Origin: an uncultured Pseudomonadales bacterium
GTDB lineage: Bacteria > Patescibacteriota > Microgenomatia > UBA1400 > PJMF01
Assembly: GCA_964533345.1 (NCBI GenBank)
Contig: CAZHLX010000002.1
Span: 1 to 48,971, forward strand
Direction: 5' to 3'
Length of the DNA stretch: 48,971 bases
Position numbers and translations under genes: made by a program. Positions 35,724 through 43,965 of the stretch are shown here, in pieces (the stretch's first letter is position 1; each line of letters starts with the position of its first letter). Under the pieces are notes generated by a model, which was given only the letters and a program-made list of their open reading frames with translations, ran no database searches and was not told the origin of the DNA.

Positions 35724-36984
35724 TTTTCTTTTTTATCTCTTTTTTAAGCTCAACCATTTTTAATTCCCTCCCCACCATAGATTGATTAAGCTTCTCTAAC
35801 TCCTCAGTTCTCTCTTTTACTTGCTCTTCAACGTGTTCTCTTGAAGAAACCAATTGGTTAATCATCTCATTAAAGGCCTCCGCCAACTTTCCAATTTCAT
35901 CTTCAGATCTTATCTCAACCCTTGTTTTTAGATTGCCGGCAGAAATATCTTCAGCTGCCTGAGTTAAATCAGATAAAGGACGTGATAATCTTGTGATCAG
36001 CAGCGAAATTATTACTCCAGCAAAGATGGCCGCAAATACAACAAATGCGGTAATTGTATGAGCGCTTTTTGTGGCAAAAGATTCAACAATTTCTAAATCC
36101 ATTTCTCCAACGATATAAAAGTCTAAATCTCCTATCCTCGCTACACTAAGGAGCTCTTCTTCATTATCAATCTTGTCACTAACTTCAAATGTCTTTGAAC
36201 CGTCTAAAGAATCTAGCTCATCAAGAACCTCAGAATAATCAAGAGCTCTAATTTCTTCATTTGCGTAGCGTTTATTCTCAGTTATTTCAGACAAAACTGA
36301 TTCTGGAAGCTGACCCAAACTGCAAAAAAGCTTCTTTTCATCATTAGAGAAAATAACTACTCCATAGCTATCAACCAACATAATTTTTCTATTATCCAAA
36401 ACTTGGTCAGATATTGTTTCATGTATTGCTTCTGGCTTAAGCTTAGCAACAGCCACCCCAATTATTTGACCATCAGAGGATAAAATGGGATGCGAGAAAT
36501 AGTATCCAAGTTTCCCACTAGTTACTCCAACTGCAACATCAGTAAATGATTCTCCACTAACAGCCTCTTTAAAATAATCTCTAAATGAATAATTTTTTCC
36601 TATAAACCTCTCATCAGTTGATGCAACAGTCAAACCATCTTTATCCATCAGATAAATGGCTGAGTACATATCTGCAATATTAAAATCATAAAGCAAACCA
36701 TGATTAATTACGTGATCTAGATCATCTCCAGTAGGATCCTCTAACATCCCCACCACATTGTGTTGAGTTGCAATTGTTTTAACCAAATCCTGAGAATGAT
36801 TAAAGACTTGCTTTGTCTCATGTGCTTGGATAGTTGTTGCCACTAAAGCATCATCCTTTGTTACCTCACTCATAATGTTTTTTGAAATAAAATAAGTAGC
36901 TACTGATGCAAAAGCTCCAAAGAAAATAATTATTCCTAAAATTGAACCAATGACCTTTGTTTTTACAGACCTAAGTTTAAGCAT
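35713..36984 (-). CDS. Membrane sensor without an output domain: TM - dCache-like domain - TM - HAMP - short coiled coil
   Basis: An N-terminal TM helix, a loop of about 270 aa (MYSAIYLMDKDGLTVAST...YFSHPI...GVAVAKL), a second TM helix and HAMP (RPLSDLTQAAEDISAGNLKTRV...DEIGKLAEAFNEM). It ends after EELEKLNQSMVGRELKMVELKKEIKK. Confidence 0.7.
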   Translation of the reverse strand: MLKLRSVKTKVIGSILGIIIFFGAFASVATYFISKNIMSEVTKDDALVATTIQAHETKQVFNHSQDLVKTIATQHNVVGMLEDPTGDDLDHVINHGLLYDFNIADMYSAIYLMDKDGLTVASTDERFIGKNYSFRDYFKEAVSGESFTDVAVGVTSGKLGYYFSHPILSSDGQIIGVAVAKLKPEAIHETISDQVLDNRKIMLVDSYGVVIFSNDEKKLFCSLGQLPESVLSEITENKRYANEEIRALDYSEVLDELDSLDGSKTFEVSDKIDNEEELLSVARIGDLDFYIVGEMDLEIVESFATKSAHTITAFVVFAAIFAGVIISLLITRLSRPLSDLTQAAEDISAGNLKTRVEIRSEDEIGKLAEAFNEMINQLVSSREHVEEQVKERTEELEKLNQSMVGRELKMVELKKEIKKKNEN

Positions 36985-37576
36985 TACTACCTTTTAAGGT
37001 TTCATCGTTAAGATGACCTGTTTTACGAGCTAATTTCTTTAAAGCTTCTTTAAGCTCAATCATCTTCAACTCCCTATTTACCATTAATTTATTAAATTTT
37101 TCTAATTCTTCGAGATTTTCTCGGAGTTTCTCTTCAATATTCATCCTTTTAGAAACATCGTTATAAACTGCCATAATTTCTCCCGATGGCAATTTATAAA
37201 TATGGTTTTCTCTCCAGAAAACTTTTTCTCCATCCTCATATTTAGTTGGTTCAAGATATTTTTCTTTCCCTGTTTTATAAACTTCCTGGAATGATTTTAA
37301 TAAACCCATTTCTTCTACTCCAGGAAAGACGCTCTTCAAATCTTTTCCAATGACATCTTTCTTTTTTAAACCCTCAATCTTTTCTGCAGCATGATTAAAA
37401 TCCTTAAAAATAAATTTTTTACCTCTCTCTTTGACTTCATAAACGGCTATTCCACTGGGAACATTATTAAATAAAGACTCATAAAGAAGCTCATGTTCGG
37501 CGGATGATAGAGAAGATTTTTTTCTAACCGTTTTTTTAGTAGTAGTGGTTTTCTTTTTGGCAGGCATACAAAACAA
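36977..37576 (-). CDS. Cytoplasmic PAS-domain protein ending in the same coiled-coil motif
   Basis: A Lys/Thr-rich N-terminus, then a PAS core (LLYESLFNNVPSGIAVYEV...FKDFNHAAEKIEGL...), ending in EELEKFNKLMVNRELKMIELKEALKK. Confidence 0.65.
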   Translation of the reverse strand: MFCMPAKKKTTTTKKTVRKKSSLSSAEHELLYESLFNNVPSGIAVYEVKERGKKFIFKDFNHAAEKIEGLKKKDVIGKDLKSVFPGVEEMGLLKSFQEVYKTGKEKYLEPTKYEDGEKVFWRENHIYKLPSGEIMAVYNDVSKRMNIEEKLRENLEELEKFNKLMVNRELKMIELKEALKKLARKTGHLNDETLKGSNA

Positions 37577-37656
37577 TTAATAACTCCTAAATAGGATAAC
37601 AGTTTTCAGATGTCTACTACAATGGGTAAGACACGATTTATAGGATTAAATTAAGT

Positions 37657-40212
37657 CTATTTAGAATACTTTTTAGAAAGCCAAAATAGTTTGAGAAGTT
37701 CCACCACAATTAATAGGAGAACACTCATTCCCACTACTAATCCCCATTGAGACCAATTCAGAGCTGTTAAACCAAAAAGATTTTGTAAGTGAGGGACATG
37801 GACTGCTGCAATAGTTAATAAAACCCCAACTCCGCATGCTTCTAATAACCACTTATTTCTCCAAGGGGGATCATGAATAATACTCGTACTCAAACTTCTA
37901 CTAGAGAGCACATACATCAACGAATCAAGAGAAAGTGTAGCAAAGACAATTGACCTGGCTGTTTCTACTCCCAGCCTTGGATAAAGCCACATGAACAAAA
38001 TTAATAACCCTCCACCCGTTAGCAATGAAATCATTGCAATTAAGATCCTAACTTCATTATCGATGATTGGAGCATCATGACTAATAGGTTTTCTTTTAAG
38101 CTCATCACCGTCAGGAGGATCAAGAGTGAGAGCTAAATTAGGCAGACCATCATCTACTAAGTTGATCCATAGAATTTGAGCAGCAGTAATAGGCAGAGGG
38201 AGTTTTAGAATTAAGCTTCCAATAACCAGGATTAACTCTGAAAAAGTATCACTTAATAAATAAAGGGCTATCTTTCGCAGGTTATTGAAAATCAACCTTC
38301 CTTCTTCAATCGCAGAGAGAACAGTGCTGAAATCATTCTTCAATAAAACTAAATCTGAAGCTTCTCTAGCAACTTCAGAAGCTTCATCTACTACGATCCC
38401 GATATCAGCCGCACTTAAGGCAGGAGCATCATTAACTCCATCACCCATCATTCCAACAACTTGGTTATTTTCTTGAAGGGTTTTTACAATCTGTAGCTTT
38501 TGAGAAGGTTTTGTCCGAGCAAACAACTTAATCTGGTCAATCTTTTTCTTAAGTTGTGTGGGGGTAATCTTCTCTAGTTCTTCACCAGTCATAATCTCAT
38601 CTTTATTTACCTCTAAACCAATCTGTTTCATGATTGCTTGTGCAGTAGCAGCATAGTCACCGGTTACTACAATTGGTCTAATCCCAGCTTCTCCAGCAGT
38701 TTTTAGAGCTTCTGCAATTCCAGATCGAATAGGATCACTGAATGCCATTAATCCTAAAAATTCTATTTTATGCTGAGGAATTTTATTTTTTCTTAAACTG
38801 GTAAATGCCTTCTCAGCTTGCTGACGCTGATTGTGATGACTACTAGCCAAACCAATTACTCTCCAACCTTGCTCAGTCCATTCTTTGATTGTCTGCTGAT
38901 AATGTTTCTGTTTCGCTGCTGAAATCTTACAAAATCCCATCACTACTTCAGGTGCACCCACCATAAACAACTCAAACTTAGACTGAGCTGCAACAAACCT
39001 TCTCTCTGTAGAGAATGAGAGAAGTTGTAAGTTCTTATATCTAGAAAGTATTTTCTCTGGATCAACTAGATGAGAGTTCTCTTTTTCTTGCTCTCGTGCC
39101 CAGTTCATTCGGGCTAGGTCTAAGGGATCACGGCGATCATTAGCTAAAACTGCAGCTACTTGAGCTCGACCTGGGTCAGTGAAATCAGTCTTAACCGTCT
39201 TAAGCTTTCCTTCCGTTAATGTCCCAGTCTTATCTAAACAAATCGTATTAATACTACCTAATGTCTCTGCTGCCATTAGATGCTTTACTACTGCTTTACG
39301 TTTAAGAATCCGATGCATCCCGAGTGCCAATACAGCCGTAAGAGAAACCACTAACCCCTCCGGAATTGCTGCCACAGCCAATGCCACTGTGATAGTAAAC
39401 ATCTCAATCCAGTCTTTCCCTGTTGATAATCCAAGTAAAAATACAGCTACAGAAAGAATTAAGACTAGAATGGTAAGCCACTTAGCCAACCTAGCAAGCC
39501 TCTTTGCCAGGGGTGTCTCAGTATGTCCTTGCTGTTGAACTTGATGAGCAATCTTACCCAGCATGGTGTTGGCTCCAGTATGAGTCACAATCATGGTCGC
39601 CGAACCTGTAGAAACTATTGTGCCCATAAAAGCCTGAGAATTTTCAGGCTTTTTTTCAAGATCTCGCAAACAATTAGTGAAATCAGCAATGGTTCTGATT
39701 TTTTTCTTTGGAAAATAAGTTTCCTTCTGCACTGGCTCGCTCTCACCAGTAACAACCGCTTCATTTATCCAACAATCTAGTTCATTGATAATAATTCCAT
39801 CAGCAGGAACTTTGTCTCCTTGTTTTAGCAATACCACATCTCCAGGAACAATTTTCTCTACTTCAATTTCTTTTTCCTGATGATCACGAATTACCCAAGC
39901 ATGAGGAGTAAGTACCGTCTTGAGAGACTCTAAAGTCTTATAAGCATTCCTCTCCTGAACAAAACCTAGAATTGTATTAACAATAACTGCTAGACCAATC
40001 ACGACACTATCAGTTACCTCATGAAGAAAAATGGTTATCACCATCGCCACTAACAAAACAATTACTAAAGGATTCTTAAATTGAGTCAAAAAGAAATATA
40101 GATCACTGGGAGGTGGTTTATGAGGAATAGAATTAGGACCAAACTCCTGGCGTTGTTGCGCCACGTGTTTTGTTGTTAATCCTGACTGCCAGAAATCAGC
40201 TAGCTTGGGCAT
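37657..40212 (-). CDS. Cation-transporting P-type ATPase (type II, Ca2+/Mg2+-like)
   Basis: TGES, the phosphorylation site CLDKTGTLTEG, VTGD, the hinge MMGDGVNDAPALSAADIG, and about 10 TM helices. Confidence 0.9.
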   Translation of the reverse strand: MPKLADFWQSGLTTKHVAQQRQEFGPNSIPHKPPPSDLYFFLTQFKNPLVIVLLVAMVITIFLHEVTDSVVIGLAVIVNTILGFVQERNAYKTLESLKTVLTPHAWVIRDHQEKEIEVEKIVPGDVVLLKQGDKVPADGIIINELDCWINEAVVTGESEPVQKETYFPKKKIRTIADFTNCLRDLEKKPENSQAFMGTIVSTGSATMIVTHTGANTMLGKIAHQVQQQGHTETPLAKRLARLAKWLTILVLILSVAVFLLGLSTGKDWIEMFTITVALAVAAIPEGLVVSLTAVLALGMHRILKRKAVVKHLMAAETLGSINTICLDKTGTLTEGKLKTVKTDFTDPGRAQVAAVLANDRRDPLDLARMNWAREQEKENSHLVDPEKILSRYKNLQLLSFSTERRFVAAQSKFELFMVGAPEVVMGFCKISAAKQKHYQQTIKEWTEQGWRVIGLASSHHNQRQQAEKAFTSLRKNKIPQHKIEFLGLMAFSDPIRSGIAEALKTAGEAGIRPIVVTGDYAATAQAIMKQIGLEVNKDEIMTGEELEKITPTQLKKKIDQIKLFARTKPSQKLQIVKTLQENNQVVGMMGDGVNDAPALSAADIGIVVDEASEVAREASDLVLLKNDFSTVLSAIEEGRLIFNNLRKIALYLLSDTFSELILVIGSLILKLPLPITAAQILWINLVDDGLPNLALTLDPPDGDELKRKPISHDAPIIDNEVRILIAMISLLTGGGLLILFMWLYPRLGVETARSIVFATLSLDSLMYVLSSRSLSTSIIHDPPWRNKWLLEACGVGVLLTIAAVHVPHLQNLFGLTALNWSQWGLVVGMSVLLLIVVELLKLFWLSKKYSK

Positions 40213-40227
40213 GTAAGACTAATTGTA

Positions 40228-41331
40228 CTAAACTAGTTGTTCCCAAGGAAACTCTAGTTTTCCGAAGTGTCCATAGGCAGCTGTCGGAAGATAAATTGGA
40301 CGTCGCAGATCAAAAGCTTCAATGATTCCCTTAACTGAAGTATCTAGTAACTCATCTACAAAGGTCTCTATCTCTTCCAAATTTTTCTTTTCTGTTCCAA
40401 AAGTATTGATTGTTTTCATGACTGGCTGAGGATGACCAATGCAGTAAGCTAAGCCAATCTCTATCTGATCAGCAAAACCCTGATTAACTAAATTCTTAGC
40501 AATATACCTAGCGGCATATGCTCCTGATCGATCAACTTTAGTAGGGTCTTTTCCGGAAAATGCTCCACCACCTACACGAGCGTAGCCACCATAACCATCT
40601 ACAATTATTTTTCTACCAGTCATGCCAGTATCACTAGCTGGTCCTCCGATATGCCACACACCAGTCCCGTTGACTGTAAGCTGATCTGGTTCAAGACTGA
40701 AACTATATTCTTTTAAGACTGGTAACACTACTTGTTCAAATAAATCTTGTTTTACTTGATCTAGAGAAATTTCCTCATCATGAGGCACAGCCAACACTAC
40801 TGTTTCAACTTCGACTGGCTTACCTTTTTCATACTTCACCGTCACCTGAGACTTTCCATCTGGTCTAAGATAAGACAGTTCCTTCTCACGAACTTGATCA
40901 ATTCTTTTGACTAATTTATGAGATAAAACTATCGGTAAAGGCATTAACTCTGGGGTATCATTATTTGCAAAACCAAACATCATTCCTTGGTCACCTGCTC
41001 CATCATCATCTACTCCTGTGGCAATTTCTGGTGACTGTTGGTGAATATAAACAGAGATTGGAGATTGGTGGGTAAAACCAAACTTCTTATCATTGTAACC
41101 AAGCCTTTTTATTTGTTGTCTAGCAATCTCATCATAATCAAGTTTGGCAGTAGTAGTAATTTCACCAGCCAGAACTGTTCTATCAGCTGTCACTAAAGCT
41201 TCAACGGCAACTCTGCCGTTGGAATCCCTTTGCAGGACTGCGTCTAGAATTGCATCAGAGATTTGATCAGCAACTTTATCTGGATGCCCAGCACAAACTG
41301 ATTCTGAAGTAAAATGAGTGGTTAAAAACAT
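40228..41331 (-). CDS. metK: S-adenosylmethionine synthetase
   Basis: I reset the start to ATG 41331, which has a GGGAGG Shine-Dalgarno. FTSESVCAGHPDKVADQISDAILDA, GAGDQGMMFGFA, DTGMTGRKIIVDGYGG and GGGAFSGKDPTKVDRS are present. Confidence 0.95.
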   Translation of the reverse strand: MFLTTHFTSESVCAGHPDKVADQISDAILDAVLQRDSNGRVAVEALVTADRTVLAGEITTTAKLDYDEIARQQIKRLGYNDKKFGFTHQSPISVYIHQQSPEIATGVDDDGAGDQGMMFGFANNDTPELMPLPIVLSHKLVKRIDQVREKELSYLRPDGKSQVTVKYEKGKPVEVETVVLAVPHDEEISLDQVKQDLFEQVVLPVLKEYSFSLEPDQLTVNGTGVWHIGGPASDTGMTGRKIIVDGYGGYARVGGGAFSGKDPTKVDRSGAYAARYIAKNLVNQGFADQIEIGLAYCIGHPQPVMKTINTFGTEKKNLEEIETFVDELLDTSVKGIIEAFDLRRPIYLPTAAYGHFGKLEFPWEQLV

Positions 41332-41360
41332 AAAAGCCTCCCTTTTTAATTGAGAGGCTC
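41332..41360 (-). promoter_or_regulatory. Expression-platform hairpin that sequesters the metK Shine-Dalgarno (AGCCUCUC / GGGAGGCU) followed by UUUU-AUG
   Basis: The reverse strand reads GAGCCUCUCaauuaaaaaGGGAGGCUUUUAUG. The stem is 8 bp including one G-U pair, and the 3' arm is the SD itself. Confidence 0.5.
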
Positions 41361-41370
41361 TAAAATTAAT

Positions 41371-41470
41371 ACATCTGTCCACTCAAGGCCGGAAGTAGCA
41401 CCTTTTTGTCCTAAACAAACGGTTGCTGGATGGATTATCGAGCCGGATCTCTACCCATCTCTCTGGATGT
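41371..41470 (-). promoter_or_regulatory. SAM-I (S-box) riboswitch aptamer in the metK leader
   Basis: The reverse-strand RNA is ACAUCCAGAGAGAUGGGUAGAGAUCCGGCUCGAUAAUCCAUCCAGCAACCGUUUGUUUAGGACAAAAAGGUGCUACUUCCGGCCUUGAGUGGACAGAUGU. P1 is ACAUC/GAUGU, P2 is GAUGG/CCAUC and P3 is UUUGU/ACAAA. The conserved AGAGAG, GCAACC and AAGGUGCUA blocks occur in S-box order. Confidence 0.7.
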
Positions 41471-41506
41471 AAAAAGAATTATAAACGATTAAAGAGTAAA
41501 AAAAAA

Positions 41507-42709
41507 CTACGCTTGTCCAGCCGCACTTAGCTTGAGTACAAACCGATCAAGAGTAAATGGTGACAAGATTGCTATCAGCTCAAACGTAAAGATAGAGAGC
41601 TCAAAAGCTGATGGAATCAAGTTAGTAATGAAGAAAGCCCCCAAGCCAATTAAGGTAGCATTAAATAAGTTGGTTTTAAACATCTCATTCTGAGTTAAGT
41701 CCACTACCTCATCAGAAATACCTTCTTGTTTGGCTAATTTCCCCTGACGAATAATATCTTGCAAACCAAACCAAATCACCATAATAAAAGTCGCAATTGC
41801 TGTAACAGTATTTAAAGTTCTATTAGGAATAGAGACATCACCTGAGAAGATTCTCATCTCCCAAGAAAGAGGGAAGCTTCTTACCAAGAAGTAAGTAATG
41901 ATAAATAAAACTATCGTGGAGCTACCCAAAAGACTCAAAGTTTGTTTAGATTTTTGTTGAGATTCTAACTGCGGTGATGATAATGAAGGACTAATCTCCT
42001 GTTCTTCTTTTTGCTCTTCTTTCGCTTCTGCTTGGGCCTTCTTTTCTGCCAAGACAGCAAATCTATTTCTCATCCTTTTAGCAACATAAATAAAGACATG
42101 CGACAACAAAATAAGGATCCATACTAAGATCACAACCCACCCCCCTAAGTCTTTAGAATCAGTCACTACTGGATAAGGAAGCTTAAACCACAAACCTTGC
42201 AGTGGATATTCTGGATAAGGGACGAACTTCCAAAAAATATTGGGGTCAATTTTATTAGCATAAAAATCTGTTAAAAATAATCGTCCAATAGAAATAAAGA
42301 GAGTTAACTGAATCATGAAATCAACAATATAGAAAAGAAAAGTTAGGTTACCTTGTCTGAATGACTTTTTAACCCTAGCAATCTGCTGTTCTTCTTGCTT
42401 GAGTTCATCAACCTTGTCCTGAAACTTTCTGATGTTTTGTGCTTGCATTACCCTAATAGTACGAAAAGGAATCATCAAGATTGTTTGAGTGACTCCTAAT
42501 AGGACCACTGAAACCCATATTTTCTTAGTTAAACCATAAAAACCAAATAAAATATTTGCATAAAAATTAAAAGTCCAACCTTTGAAAAAAGCGACCACTA
42601 AGAAAACTAAGATAGCTGCAGCTAAACCACTCATAACTGGCAACAGAACCCCTGAAGAGGTAATCTTCGTATCTTTCATCAACATGGGGTTGCTTTGACT
42701 ATCCGTCAT
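41507..42709 (-). CDS. Polytopic membrane protein, possibly a divergent YidC/Oxa1-family insertase
   Basis: VVLLGVTQTILMIPFRTIRVMQAQNIRKFQDKVDELKQ resembles the YidC TM1-amphipathic helix region (L..R..L.PL..KQ..S..KMQ..QPE...I). An inserted charged loop and extra TM helices make the call tentative. Confidence 0.35.
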   Translation of the reverse strand: MTDSQSNPMLMKDTKITSSGVLLPVMSGLAAAILVFLVVAFFKGWTFNFYANILFGFYGLTKKIWVSVVLLGVTQTILMIPFRTIRVMQAQNIRKFQDKVDELKQEEQQIARVKKSFRQGNLTFLFYIVDFMIQLTLFISIGRLFLTDFYANKIDPNIFWKFVPYPEYPLQGLWFKLPYPVVTDSKDLGGWVVILVWILILLSHVFIYVAKRMRNRFAVLAEKKAQAEAKEEQKEEQEISPSLSSPQLESQQKSKQTLSLLGSSTIVLFIITYFLVRSFPLSWEMRIFSGDVSIPNRTLNTVTAIATFIMVIWFGLQDIIRQGKLAKQEGISDEVVDLTQNEMFKTNLFNATLIGLGAFFITNLIPSAFELSIFTFELIAILSPFTLDRFVLKLSAAGQA

Positions 42710-42750
42710 ATCATTTGATTATACATGAAGTTAAATAACGAAAACGATCT

Positions 42751-43164
42751 CTATGAAAATTTTTTATGAGTAACAAAGCTTCCAATCACTCCAACAATAA
42801 AACCAATTGGGCTGATCACCATTGCTAAAAAGAAAAATAGAACATGAGCTGCGCCCATCAATTTAGACAACCAACCAATATGTTCAAGCTTAATTCCCAA
42901 AGCATAAAAGAGATTATGAAACAGAACTCCGACCATGACTCCAGCTGCAGAGAAACCAACCATCAGCAAATATTTTCGATGTTTTTTTCTTAATTTTGAT
43001 TTTGAAACCAAGAATACTAAAATAGCTCCTAGAATTGAAAAAAGAATAAATGGCAATAATCCTTGATAAACATCGCTCACGGTGGGGACAAATATAGTCA
43101 AAATTATCCAGATAAAAGTTAAAATTAAGCTCAAAAAAGTAAATCGACGTAGTTTAGAGATCAT
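42751..43164 (-). CDS. Hypothetical 4-TM membrane protein
   Basis: 137 aa with four hydrophobic helices. It overlaps the upstream gene by 11 nt. I recognise no motif. Confidence 0.4.
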   Translation of the reverse strand: MISKLRRFTFLSLILTFIWIILTIFVPTVSDVYQGLLPFILFSILGAILVFLVSKSKLRKKHRKYLLMVGFSAAGVMVGVLFHNLFYALGIKLEHIGWLSKLMGAAHVLFFFLAMVISPIGFIVGVIGSFVTHKKFS

Positions 43165-43882
43165 CTGTTTCTAATTTTAGTTTAATTGAGTCAGATTCTG
43201 AAGCACTAGCTGTTGCCTCTAGATTGACTTTTAACTTAGATTCTGAGGTTGATTCAAGTTCTGGTTTATCTTCTATTTTATTCATCTCTAGCATGATTGG
43301 CTCTTCTAAGATTATTTCCTTGGTAATTATTTCTTCGATAGGCATGATGTAGGTAATAGTTTTATTAGGAACATCATATATCTCAACTGCATAACCATAT
43401 CCTGGATAACCTTTTTCTTGCCAGAACACTCCCATCTCCCGATAAACTTTGGCTGGAGCGATCATGTAGCTAAGCATGTTTCTAATTGGAAACTCAACTA
43501 TCACTGATTTTTGGTGGGGAACTTTCTTAACTTTAAAAGTTTCTTCAATTTGATCTACCTTATCAAGGTCAGTAATTTCTAAGATACTCCCTACCTCGCT
43601 TCTGAGTTGATCTGCTGGAACTTCTTGAGGATCATCAAAGTAAAGACCTACTCCACGATATGTTTCTATCCCCATTTCTAATAGACCTTCATAGACCTCA
43701 TCCATAGCAGGCTTGACCTTATGATAGGCACCTAGATGCTCTTTATAGACAATAGTATATGGACCAGTCTCTCGCTCAACGATAGTAATTGATTCAAATA
43801 ACCCAGCATGAGCCAGAACAGCCACCACCAACAGGAATATAGCTAAGAAAATAACACCTAAAATTTTGAGAACTTTTTTCAT
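43154..43882 (-). CDS. Membrane-anchored GyrI-like/SOUL-type small-molecule-binding domain protein
   Basis: An N-terminal TM helix is followed by GPYTIVYKEHLGAYHKVKPAMDEVYEGLLEMGIETYRGVGLYFDDPQEVPADQLRSEVG, typical of GyrI-like effector-binding domains. The tail is acidic and Ser-rich. Confidence 0.45.
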   Translation of the reverse strand: MKKVLKILGVIFLAIFLLVVAVLAHAGLFESITIVERETGPYTIVYKEHLGAYHKVKPAMDEVYEGLLEMGIETYRGVGLYFDDPQEVPADQLRSEVGSILEITDLDKVDQIEETFKVKKVPHQKSVIVEFPIRNMLSYMIAPAKVYREMGVFWQEKGYPGYGYAVEIYDVPNKTITYIMPIEEIITKEIILEEPIMLEMNKIEDKPELESTSESKLKVNLEATASASESDSIKLKLETDDL

Positions 43883-43965
43883 ATACCTTGAGTTTAATTT
43901 AACAAACCAAACCCAAAAAGTTATACATTTATTGTATCACAACACACTCTAAAAATTACTTGATA

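Noticed and set aside
35713-37576. The idea that the PAS, Cache-HAMP and kinase ORFs are fragments of one frameshifted pseudogene
   Set aside because: Each downstream ORF opens with its own Met plus a Lys-rich N-terminus and a TM anchor (MLKLRSVKTKVIGS..., MKIKSKLLLAVLL...). The upstream ORFs end in complete helices. The 8- and 11-nt overlaps resemble the coupled junctions seen elsewhere in this window. Read-level checking is still advised.
37605-37625. A TGTAGTA half-site resembling the O1/O2 operator arm, upstream of the PAS gene
   Set aside because: Only one arm is present, because the partner position reads GGGTAAG rather than ACTACA. A single 7-mer match is expected by chance in 49 kb of AT-rich DNA.
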